IMG/VR virus record: IMGVR_UViG_3300019742_000001
Strand: one strand, 5' to 3'
DNA from: a virus
Taxonomy: Duplodnaviria; Caudoviricetes
Length of the DNA stretch: 64,000 nt
Under the pieces are notes generated by a model. That model was given only the letters and a program-made list of their open reading frames with translations. It was not told the origin of the DNA and made no database searches. The position numbers were made by a program, and so were the translations under genes. Positions 9,923-17,647 of the stretch are shown piece after piece; position 1 is the first letter of the stretch; the number at the start of each line of letters is the position of its first letter.

Positions 9923-10201
9923 TTATACCTCAAAGAGATCATTGGGTAGAGAAGAGTTAATGGTAGCATATTCGTTCTCATTAAGAGAGTGTTGGTTATG
10001 TTTTTTAAAACGACTGTGATTGATAGTTGTGGGTTCAGTAGGATGTACAACTTTCATATTAGAGTGGTCGTAACTGAATTCAATGATAGCTAATTGAATG
10101 ATAGCTTGGAATGGTTGATCATTGTTATCTTCGGAGTTATGAATAGTGACGTGTGTGCCAATAGGTAGATCTTGTAATTGTTGTTTATTATATCGTTTCA
10201 T
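9923..10201 (-). CDS. DLF-tail protein, subfamily I
   Basis: Ends LPNDLFEV*. Confidence 0.85.
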   Translation of the reverse strand: MKRYNKQQLQDLPIGTHVTIHNSEDNNDQPFQAIIQLAIIEFSYDHSNMKVVHPTEPTTINHSRFKKHNQHSLNENEYATINSSLPNDLFEV

Positions 10202-10203
10202 GA

Positions 10204-10488
10204 TTATACCTCAAAGAGATCATTGGGTAGATTGTTAATAGAAGGATCAATGAGAATAGTAGCGTATTCATTGGGTTCTAATAAGTGTTGATTATATTGA
10301 GTAAAGGTATGATGAGAAAGCATGATACCGACATCAGGGTTAATAGCCCGAGAATTGTTACCGTATACCAAAGAGTCTTGAGATATTTGAATGGTTCCAT
10401 TGAAAGGAGTAGGGTAAAAGTCAGAGTTATGAACAGTGACGTGAGTTCCAATAGGGAGATCATCAAGGTTATGGTATCGTTTATTCAT
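10204..10488 (-). CDS. DLF-tail protein, subfamily I
   Basis: Ends LPNDLFEV*. Confidence 0.85.
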   Translation of the reverse strand: MNKRYHNLDDLPIGTHVTVHNSDFYPTPFNGTIQISQDSLVYGNNSRAINPDVGIMLSHHTFTQYNQHLLEPNEYATILIDPSINNLPNDLFEV

Positions 10489-10490
10489 AG

Positions 10491-10757
10491 TTATACCTCA
10501 AAGAGATTGTCATCAAATAGGTTCGTCATTTTTGTTATGCCAGTTTTTGTTATGCCAGTAATTCTACATTCAGGTGTCCAATGAGTTCCATAGAATGTGA
10601 ATCTGCTGTGTCTTAGGTTATGGTTATTGTCAATAGGTTTAGTGCAATACCCAATAGCAGTGCTAGAGTTTTCAAATCCAACAATTCTTACATTGAATGA
10701 ATGATTGTCATGTTGTATTGTAACTAAATCGTTCACCTTATATTTGTGGTTATTCAT
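10491..10757 (-). CDS. DLF-tail protein, subfamily II
   Basis: Ends FDDNLFEV*; 95 bp identical to 11024-11290. Confidence 0.85.
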   Translation of the reverse strand: MNNHKYKVNDLVTIQHDNHSFNVRIVGFENSSTAIGYCTKPIDNNHNLRHSRFTFYGTHWTPECRITGITKTGITKMTNLFDDNLFEV

Positions 10758-10759
10758 AG

Positions 10760-11020
10760 TTATACCTCAAATAGATCATCATCAAATAGTGAGTCATCTA
10801 ATATAGAGAAGGTTTCTTTGTTAACGACATAGTGTTGTTTATTTTTTTTGTACATTGAGTGGTCCAAAAAGATATCAGGGTTAATAACTTTAATATTAGA
10901 GTTAGGAACAAATTGGACCGAACCATTGAAAGGTTTATAATCGTTATACTCAGAGTTATGAATAGTAACTCTAGTACCAATATGGATATTTTGTAGATGA
11001 TTAGGTTGATGTTTAATCAT
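10760..11020 (-). CDS. DLF-tail protein, subfamily I
   Basis: Ends LDDSLFDDDLFEV*. Confidence 0.85.
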   Translation of the reverse strand: MIKHQPNHLQNIHIGTRVTIHNSEYNDYKPFNGSVQFVPNSNIKVINPDIFLDHSMYKKNKQHYVVNKETFSILDDSLFDDDLFEV

Positions 11021-11023
11021 TGG

Positions 11024-11290
11024 TTATACCTCAAATAGATCATTAGGTAAAAGGTTTTTAGGTAAAAGGTTTTTAGGTTTAACTAATGAGATAACACATT
11101 TTTCCGTAATCCAATGAGTTCCATTTAATTTATATCTGGGATGGTCAAGTTTATGGTTATCATCAATAGGTTTAGTGCAATACCCAATAGCAGTGCTAGA
11201 GTTTTCAAATCCAACAATTCTTACATTGAATGAATGATTGTCATGTTGTATTGTAACAATATCATTCACCTTATATTTGTGAGTATTCAT
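11024..11290 (-). CDS. DLF-tail protein, subfamily II
   Basis: Ends LPKNLLPNDLFEV*. Confidence 0.85.
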   Translation of the reverse strand: MNTHKYKVNDIVTIQHDNHSFNVRIVGFENSSTAIGYCTKPIDDNHKLDHPRYKLNGTHWITEKCVISLVKPKNLLPKNLLPNDLFEV

Positions 11291-11292
11291 AG

Positions 11293-11559
11293 TTATACCT
11301 CAAAGAGATCATTAGGTAAAGGGTTAATGATCGTAAAAGATTCATTATCACTAAGGAAATGTTGTTTATTATTTTGGTAACGAGGATGATCTAATTGTAC
11401 ATCAGGTCTAACCAAGTTAATCTTATGTAGAGGATCTTTAGATAATTCAACAGTTCCAGAGAAAGGAATGCCATCATTATATTCAGTATTGGAAATATTG
11501 ATACGAGTACCAATAGGAAGATTTTGAATTAGATCATTAGGTTTATGTTTATCAGACAT
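11293..11559 (-). CDS. DLF-tail protein, subfamily I
   Basis: Ends LPNDLFEV*. Confidence 0.85.
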   Translation of the reverse strand: MSDKHKPNDLIQNLPIGTRINISNTEYNDGIPFSGTVELSKDPLHKINLVRPDVQLDHPRYQNNKQHFLSDNESFTIINPLPNDLFEV

Positions 11560-11562
11560 TGA

Positions 11563-11835
11563 TTATACCTCAAAGAGATCATTAGGTAAATGGTTAATGA
11601 TCGTAGCATATTCATCTTCACATATTTGGTGTTGTTTGTTTGATCTGTATCTGCCGTGGTCAATGAATACATCAGGGTTAATGACTTTGGTTTTCGATTC
11701 AGATATTTTTGTAGAGAATTGAACAGTGCCCGTGAAGGGTTGATTGTTATTATATGTAGTGTCATGGATAGTAACACGTGTACCAATAGGAAGATTTTCA
11801 ATAGATTGTTGATTATAATGTTTATTCATGTTCAT
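11563..11835 (-). CDS. DLF-tail protein, subfamily I
   Basis: Ends LPNDLFEV*. Confidence 0.85.
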   Translation of the reverse strand: MNMNKHYNQQSIENLPIGTRVTIHDTTYNNNQPFTGTVQFSTKISESKTKVINPDVFIDHGRYRSNKQHQICEDEYATIINHLPNDLFEV

Positions 11836-11837
11836 AG

Positions 11838-12116
11838 TTATACCTCAAAGAGATCATCAGGTAAGTTGTTACATTCGTAATTGATTATAGAGAAATATTC
11901 ACCATGGCACATAAAGTGTTGTTCGTGTATTCTATAGCGATCGTGTGATATTATAACGTGTTCATCAGGTTTAATAACTTTTTGGTTACGTTCATTACGG
12001 TCTAAGGATAGTTCTACCGTGGCATTAAAAGGTTTTCTATTATTGTATACCGAGTTATGAATAGTAACACGAGTACCAACATTTATAGATTGTAATTCTT
12101 CAGGGAGAAGTTTCAT
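11838..12116 (-). CDS. DLF-tail protein, subfamily I
   Basis: Ends LPDDLFEV*. Confidence 0.85.
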   Translation of the reverse strand: MKLLPEELQSINVGTRVTIHNSVYNNRKPFNATVELSLDRNERNQKVIKPDEHVIISHDRYRIHEQHFMCHGEYFSIINYECNNLPDDLFEV

Positions 12117-12529
12117 TATTTAACCAAACGGTAAGGTTTATTCCAAGTACCGATATTAATATCAATGTATCGTGAACGGTGGAAGTAGTCAGTCATAGAG
12201 TCATCGTTATTGAAGTAACCTTCCCCCTTCATAGCTTCGTGAAGTTCGTTAAGAACTTTGGCAAATTTGGGAGAGAAAGTGGAGTCAATATGATAGACAT
12301 TAACATTGATATTGTCAGTAGTAGTGTAAGGAGTTTCCCCGCGACGAACAGCGTTATAAGCCGATACTTCATTATAGTCAGTGAGGAAGTCCATGTAACC
12401 AGCGGCAATTTTGAGAACAAGAGTAGATCCGTTATGAACAGAGAGAGTACCCTTTAGTCCATTTTTGGAAAGAATGGCTTTGACTATAGGAGCGACAGCT
12501 TTTTTATCATCTTGAGATACATAAGCCAT
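12116..12529 (-). CDS. hypothetical protein without tail (MAYVSQDDKK type)
   Basis: 137 aa; AAAGGA RBS; higher GC than neighbours. Confidence 0.8.
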   Translation of the reverse strand: MAYVSQDDKKAVAPIVKAILSKNGLKGTLSVHNGSTLVLKIAAGYMDFLTDYNEVSAYNAVRRGETPYTTTDNINVNVYHIDSTFSPKFAKVLNELHEAMKGEGYFNNDDSMTDYFHRSRYIDINIGTWNKPYRLVK

Positions 12530-12603
12530 AATTGTGATCCTTTCAAAAAGAGTTAGTCTTGGTTACAGATCTATAGTAACACACTGGCATAATGAGTCAA
12601 GAG

Positions 12604-12855
12604 TTAAATAGTGAATAAGTCATTGTCAAGAATATGTATAGGTTTAGTGATATTGTCTAATGCAAGGTGATCTTCACAGTAAGAGTTGGATGATCCGGTA
12701 TCCCATTGTACCTTATAATTAAGTCTACCAGAATTATCGTCTTCAATAATAGTGCCAACAACCTTACCATATTTACCTCCATACTGAGGGTTGTTGATGT
12801 GGTCAGAATACTCATCTGTAATCAGTCTTACTCTATCATATATTTTAAATTTCAT
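12604..12855 (-). CDS. DLF-tail protein, subfamily IV (NNPxYGGKxG)
   Basis: Ends LDNDLFTI*; paralog of 13861-14112. Confidence 0.85.
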   Translation of the reverse strand: MKFKIYDRVRLITDEYSDHINNPQYGGKYGKVVGTIIEDDNSGRLNYKVQWDTGSSNSYCEDHLALDNITKPIHILDNDLFTI

Positions 12856-12858
12856 AAG

Positions 12859-13251
12859 TTATACCTCAAAGAGATTATCGTCAAAGGATGATTTCAAGTA
12901 AGTATCAACTTTATTACATACATCAACAGGAGCGTTACGTCGAGTATTGGTTATGTAATCAATGAAGTCATATTTATTTTCGGATGAATTTAAGTTTCTA
13001 ACGAATACCCCTCTCATGATATAGGCAACAGGTTTGATAAATTCCATTTCAAAGTGATGGAATGGGTCACCAAATTCATAAATATCGTATCCATGACCAA
13101 AACTATCATGTCCAAGTCGAATGAATCTGTTATCAGGTGACAGAGAAGTGATCATATAAGGAGGTTCACCATATCGGTCAAGGTGTTCTTTGGCATTTTG
13201 TGTTCTACCTGTCAATACTTGAACATAGTCACCTACTTTAAATGGATTCAT
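12859..13251 (-). CDS. DLF-tail protein (FKVGD start)
   Basis: Ends FDDNLFEV*. Confidence 0.85.
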   Translation of the reverse strand: MNPFKVGDYVQVLTGRTQNAKEHLDRYGEPPYMITSLSPDNRFIRLGHDSFGHGYDIYEFGDPFHHFEMEFIKPVAYIMRGVFVRNLNSSENKYDFIDYITNTRRNAPVDVCNKVDTYLKSSFDDNLFEV

Positions 13252-13253
13252 AG

Positions 13254-13580
13254 TTATACCTCAAACAGATCATTGTCAAGAAATTGTGGTTTAGTGATTA
13301 CAATGAAGCCATAGTCAACTTTCTGTTTATATTTCTGACAGTACATCATTAGTATTTCCATATCATTATCTAGTTTAATGGCGTATACAGTATCACGACT
13401 GAATTCATGTTGACTACTGTTAATAATAACACCAGTTAGTCCAACCAAATTTTCAGAGTCACTATACCCACTAACATAGTTTTTCAATTGAAGTTTGTTA
13501 GCCATGTCTTGGTATGTTGAGTAGCATTTACCAGTATCAACAATTTCAACATGGTCACCAATTTGTGGATCTTTATTCAT
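13254..13580 (-). CDS. DLF-tail protein, subfamily III (QIGDxV)
   Basis: Ends LDNDLFEV*. Confidence 0.85.
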   Translation of the reverse strand: MNKDPQIGDHVEIVDTGKCYSTYQDMANKLQLKNYVSGYSDSENLVGLTGVIINSSQHEFSRDTVYAIKLDNDMEILMMYCQKYKQKVDYGFIVITKPQFLDNDLFEV

Positions 13581-13582
13581 AG

Positions 13583-13858
13583 TTACACCTCAAATAATTT
13601 ATCATCGGTGAAGTCATTGATATTATATCGTTGACCTTTCCAAGTGTTATAGTTTTCGTTACGGCATTCAATAGGTACGTAATTTTCGATATACTGAATA
13701 TGGTCATTCCAAAATGGTTTGATCATAGGATGTGCGTGTAACAGTGCTTCATCATATCGACCACGTAATAATAATTCAGTACAAGAACCAGCAGGGATAC
13801 CGTGTTCTATCCACATATCAATAGCACTAACAATATTATCATCAACACATAGATTCAT
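13583..13858 (-). CDS. DLF-tail protein with an unrelated helical body
   Basis: IEHGIPAGS...; ends TDDKLFEV*. Confidence 0.8.
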   Translation of the reverse strand: MNLCVDDNIVSAIDMWIEHGIPAGSCTELLLRGRYDEALLHAHPMIKPFWNDHIQYIENYVPIECRNENYNTWKGQRYNINDFTDDKLFEV

Positions 13859-13860
13859 AG

Positions 13861-14112
13861 TTATACCTCAAATAAGTCATCATCAAAAAGAGGAGGTTGG
13901 ATATCCAATACCAGATCTTTATCACAATAATTGTTGTACCTGTCATCCGTCCACTTAACATTATATACGAATTGGCTATCTCCATCATTAATTGACGTAA
14001 TCTCACCAACAACATTTCCGTGTTTGCCGCCATATAATGGATTATTTGAAAGGTCACCATACTTACCACTAACATATCTTACTTTGTCACCTAATTTAAA
14101 CATAATTATCAT
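13861..14112 (-). CDS. DLF-tail protein, subfamily IV
   Basis: Ends FDDDLFEV*. Confidence 0.85.
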   Translation of the reverse strand: MIIMFKLGDKVRYVSGKYGDLSNNPLYGGKHGNVVGEITSINDGDSQFVYNVKWTDDRYNNYCDKDLVLDIQPPLFDDDLFEV

Positions 14113-14456
14113 ACCTCAAAGAGATTATCATCAAAAAGATTGGGAGTTGAAGTGACAATGAAACCACGATTTTGTTCCCCATAAGTATACTCGTATCCGA
14201 TAATAATATCAATAGGATTATTATCATCAAGTATGAGTCTGACACCATATACCATTCTATTTTCTTCTTGTAGGTGTTTGCCTTTTGCGACGATCACTCC
14301 TACCATACCTTCTTTGATTATATCACTACCAACAACTTTCATAAAATTAAAATATTCCAATTTAAGATTGATAGCCATTTCAAAGTAGCTGGGATATATC
14401 TCACCAGAATTGGTAATTTTTACATTATCGCCAATTTGTGGTTCTCTGTCAGTCAT
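14109..14456 (-). CDS. DLF-tail protein, subfamily III
   Basis: Ends FDDNLFEV*. Confidence 0.85.
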   Translation of the reverse strand: MTDREPQIGDNVKITNSGEIYPSYFEMAINLKLEYFNFMKVVGSDIIKEGMVGVIVAKGKHLQEENRMVYGVRLILDDNNPIDIIIGYEYTYGEQNRGFIVTSTPNLFDDNLFEV

Positions 14457-14458
14457 AA

Positions 14459-14758
14459 TTATACCTCAAATAGTGAGTCATCTAATATATTGGGAGTTGA
14501 AGTGACAATGAAACCACGATCTGATTCATCTGCACTGTAACCCATTAAAATATCAGTACCATTTTGTAATCGTATACCGTAAATTAACTTTCCTGTATCA
14601 GATCCAGAAATAACACCAATTTCTCCGTTCTTGGTGGTTAAATTAGATATGTAATTGGTAAGATTCAGTTTATCAGCCATTAATTGGTAAGTGGTATATT
14701 GTCTGCCATTGTTGGTGATTTTGACACTATCACCAATTTGTGGGAAATTTGTATTCAT
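14459..14758 (-). CDS. DLF-tail protein, subfamily III
   Basis: Ends LDDSLFEV*. Confidence 0.85.
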   Translation of the reverse strand: MNTNFPQIGDSVKITNNGRQYTTYQLMADKLNLTNYISNLTTKNGEIGVISGSDTGKLIYGIRLQNGTDILMGYSADESDRGFIVTSTPNILDDSLFEV

Positions 14759-14760
14759 AA

Positions 14761-15015
14761 TTATACCTTACCCTTTGCCATAGATTTGAAACCTTCACTA
14801 ATTAATTTCATCCGTGATGGTGTGTAATTACTGCAACCGAAGTCGTGATTAATACTTGATGGGTGTGTTTCAACTCTATCCATCAATGTAATTTTTTCAC
14901 CTTCTACTGGGCAATGAGTGATTTTGGTTTGTTGGTGATTACATTTAACAAGTTTACTGTCAAACATATTCCGACTTAACCATTTACAATCTTTACAAAA
15001 TATTTTTGGTTCCAT
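14761..15015 (-). CDS. hypothetical Cys-rich protein (no tail)
   Basis: FCKDCKW...KCNH...FGCSNY. Confidence 0.7.
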   Translation of the reverse strand: MEPKIFCKDCKWLSRNMFDSKLVKCNHQQTKITHCPVEGEKITLMDRVETHPSSINHDFGCSNYTPSRMKLISEGFKSMAKGKV

Positions 15016-15045
15016 AGATGTGCCTTTCTATTTGGTTATGGATAG

Positions 15046-15074
15046 ATATTACAGTAGGTGGTATGATGAGTCAA
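15046..15074 (-). promoter_or_regulatory. sigma70-like promoter driving the tail-gene array
   Basis: TTGACT-17-TAATAT. Confidence 0.65.
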
Positions 15075-15325
15075 GAGTTAAATGTATATGTATCAGGTAG
15101 TTGATCAGTGATGGGTTGGTCATCTTTGTAATGCCATAGTAATTGGAATCCTTCTGAGGTTAGAAAAATCCCCTCCAAGACGATAATACCAGCATGTGTT
15201 AATTTATGGCAATTTGGACATAGGAGGCAGATATTCGATTTAGAATTATCGCCCCCTTTTGACCTACTCTGTATGTGGTGTTTGTCCAATAGTGCTGGAG
15301 TGTTGCATATTTGACAAGGTTTCAT
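15071..15325 (-). CDS. HNH endonuclease
   Basis: CQIC...DKHHIQSRSKGGDNSKSNICLLCPNCHKLTH. Confidence 0.9.
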   Translation of the reverse strand: MKPCQICNTPALLDKHHIQSRSKGGDNSKSNICLLCPNCHKLTHAGIIVLEGIFLTSEGFQLLWHYKDDQPITDQLPDTYTFNS

Positions 15326-15360
15326 TAAGATATTATAGTATGTGTGTCACTTAATGTCAA

Positions 15361-16170
15361 TTACTCGTTAATCATTTCGTCTAATAGTTTTGTTTTAACC
15401 ACACTGGTATAGATATCATATCCAACAAGTATAGAGTTACCATCTGTCCAACATTCTCTATCATCATTCTTTGGTAATGCACCACCAGCAACGATTAGCT
15501 TGAATTTATAAGGTTTGAGTATTTCGTTCAACATTTCGGAACATGATTTATCGTGATCAACCATATATGTCAACAATTGATTTGATGTTTTATTAAAGAA
15601 TTCTATTCTGGCATCACTATTCATATTTGCCCACATTTCATCGATACGCATAACAGAATCTCTAAGAGTATTCCAATCTTTGGCAATGTATTTCTTTTCA
15701 CCTATGAGTCTATTATATAGTTCAGACAGTTCATAGTTAACATCAGCAATAGTGGTATAATATCCTTTGAAACTATCCCAGAAATCACTAGCAGGGCATA
15801 ATCCAATAGAAGAATTATCATAAGGTAGTACAAGGTATCGTTCATCCATAGTGCCATATGCCCCATCAAGACTACTTGAGCATATAAGTGATTGACTTCT
15901 TTTAGGAAATTTAGACCATTGTTTTGAGTTATCTATCCATAGAGTATAATGATTATCAGTATTTGCTGATTTTCTATTGAATTTGGATGGTTCAACATAA
16001 CCGAAGTCACTACGAATAGACACATGACCTCTAAATAGACCTTGTTTATCTTCTGTGAATCGTCTCCATGCTTTACGACAGTTTTTCTTGATGATTTGTG
16101 CTGCTTCATCCATGTTAACGACTTTGGTTCTACCTTCTTTTGATTCTGATATAAACGATTGTAATCTCAT
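15361..16170 (-). CDS. putative ADP-ribosyltransferase-fold virion protein, subfamily A
   Basis: Leader MRLQSFISE; LFRGH / SLICSSS / RECW. Confidence 0.55.
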   Translation of the reverse strand: MRLQSFISESKEGRTKVVNMDEAAQIIKKNCRKAWRRFTEDKQGLFRGHVSIRSDFGYVEPSKFNRKSANTDNHYTLWIDNSKQWSKFPKRSQSLICSSSLDGAYGTMDERYLVLPYDNSSIGLCPASDFWDSFKGYYTTIADVNYELSELYNRLIGEKKYIAKDWNTLRDSVMRIDEMWANMNSDARIEFFNKTSNQLLTYMVDHDKSCSEMLNEILKPYKFKLIVAGGALPKNDDRECWTDGNSILVGYDIYTSVVKTKLLDEMINE

Positions 16171-16200
16171 TGAATAATATTCTCCTGTGTGGTATACTAT

Positions 16201-16208
16201 TATTTATA
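16201..16208 (-). promoter_or_regulatory. late promoter TATAAATA
   Basis: Exact match about 30 nt upstream of 16170. Confidence 0.7.
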
Positions 16209-16256
16209 TTTACAGTGATAATTTATGGTGTTATATTATAGGAAAAGGGGGTATAT

Positions 16257-16535
16257 ATGTCGTTCAAAGAGGGTGATAGTGTTAGGTTACTTCTGTGTAA
16301 AGATATGAATGTATCTTTACGTACTGAGTGGGCTGAGTGGTGGAAGAAAAACAAAAATACAGTATTCACTTTATCGGAATATCGGACAAATGGTAATTGG
16401 TTTATGAAATATCCTAATGGTGATACTGTGTATAATCTACGTGGTGGTGGTGATGACCCAATAACATTTAATCATACAGAGATATATGTATGTAATCCAC
16501 CTATTAAATGGGAAGAGGATTTATTTGAGATATGA
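16257..16535 (+). CDS. DLF-tail protein
   Basis: MSFKEGDSV...WEEDLFEI*. Confidence 0.8.
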   Translation: MSFKEGDSVRLLLCKDMNVSLRTEWAEWWKKNKNTVFTLSEYRTNGNWFMKYPNGDTVYNLRGGGDDPITFNHTEIYVCNPPIKWEEDLFEI

Positions 16536-16888
16536 TTAAATATTATGCACTAAATGATGATAATATAGCAGTTGAGTGTAATATGGAGTATGCACTACTT
16601 TGTGGTACAGAGGATCTTGTTAGTAATATCATTCAACAAACAGATGTTAGTGATGGTTTGATGGTATCAACAATATTCTTGGGAATGGATCATTGTTTTG
16701 GTGGTAGTGAATCAACACCTTTGTTGTTTGAGACAATGTTGATGGGTAACACAGAAGAGGAAGAAGTATGTGTTAGATATGAAACATATGTTCAAGCAGT
16801 GGAAGGTCATTGGAATATGGTCAAAAGATATGGTGGTTCAAAACCAGTGTCGTTACCATTGTTAGATGATAATCTGTTTATCTTATAG
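16532..16888 (+). CDS. DLF-tail protein with an unrelated body (VSTIFLGMDH...LLFETM)
   Basis: Ends LDDNLFIL*. Confidence 0.8.
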   Translation: MIKYYALNDDNIAVECNMEYALLCGTEDLVSNIIQQTDVSDGLMVSTIFLGMDHCFGGSESTPLLFETMLMGNTEEEEVCVRYETYVQAVEGHWNMVKRYGGSKPVSLPLLDDNLFIL

Positions 16889-17143
16889 GGTGAACAGATC
16901 ATCTTTGAAATGATTTGGTTGGTATTCACATAGATCAGTACAGTCATCTTTATCTAAGAATTGGTTTACCACATCCCATGTCATTTTATGTGTAATATTA
17001 TCATCTAATGAGACAAACTCAATATGTTGTCGTATACAATCATTCATTACGCACACCCATATAATGGGATCGTTAACTTCTGCCGAGTCAATCTCAATAT
17101 ATTGTTGTCCTCTAATAAAGTCTTTTGCCTTAGTCATTTTCAT
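16883..17143 (-). CDS. DLF-tail protein
   Basis: Ends FKDDLFTL*; stop overlaps the convergent neighbour. Confidence 0.75.
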   Translation of the reverse strand: MKMTKAKDFIRGQQYIEIDSAEVNDPIIWVCVMNDCIRQHIEFVSLDDNITHKMTWDVVNQFLDKDDCTDLCEYQPNHFKDDLFTL

Positions 17144-17544
17144 GATGGATTCGTAATCATTGAATATAGAGTTAGTTTCTTGGTTAGTTTTATTCCCATC
17201 TTATTAAGAAGAATAGACCATATAATAGAAGAAATTGAAATTACATTACTTGACCATACATATACAACAGGAAGACCAATGCCATAAATTGATACTGACA
17301 AAATGAGTAATATGATTAATATAGCAACAACCATAACATTGAGATACCAAGTAGCAGAGAAGTTCAATACTTTCACTAAGTCACGATGAACAGTAAGTTC
17401 TTGTTCTCGTTCATATATCAGTTGTCTAGGCACATCTTGTCTTATCTTTGACAACACTCGTGCGGCATCAGTATAATCATTATCCATACCATGTAGAAAT
17501 ATTTTTTCACATTCTTTCATCATTTTTCTTTCGGATCTTGTCAT
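17140..17544 (-). CDS. hypothetical membrane protein
   Basis: Two hydrophobic segments in the C-terminal half. Confidence 0.7.
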   Translation of the reverse strand: MTRSERKMMKECEKIFLHGMDNDYTDAARVLSKIRQDVPRQLIYEREQELTVHRDLVKVLNFSATWYLNVMVVAILIILLILSVSIYGIGLPVVYVWSSNVISISSIIWSILLNKMGIKLTKKLTLYSMITNPS

Positions 17545-17577
17545 TCGTATATCCCTTTCCAGATTTTAGTTAAGATG

Positions 17578-17606
17578 ATAGTATCATAGGTGTAAGTGAG
17601 TGTCAA
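17578..17606 (-). promoter_or_regulatory. sigma70-like promoter
   Basis: TTGACA-17-TACTAT. Confidence 0.65.
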
Positions 17607-17610
17607 ATAT

Positions 17611-17618
17611 TATAAATA
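17611..17618 (+). promoter_or_regulatory. late promoter TATAAATA heading the leader-protein cluster
   Basis: Exact match 30 nt upstream of ATG 17648. Confidence 0.7.
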
Positions 17619-17647
17619 TAACTGAAACCAAAATATATGGAGAATAT

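Noticed and set aside
9618-12116. Diversity-generating retroelement
   Set aside because: No reverse transcriptase in the window, and differences between near-identical segments are not adenine-specific
13254-13285. Tail junction acting as a sigma70 promoter (TTGACA...TATAAC)
   Set aside because: The spacer is only 15 nt and TTGACA is absent from most junctions
9618-14763. CRISPR array or integron cassette array
   Set aside because: The repeats are coding 3' ends with synonymous variation, the spacers are full ORFs, there is no attC-type inverted-core structure, and no cas or integrase gene is in the window
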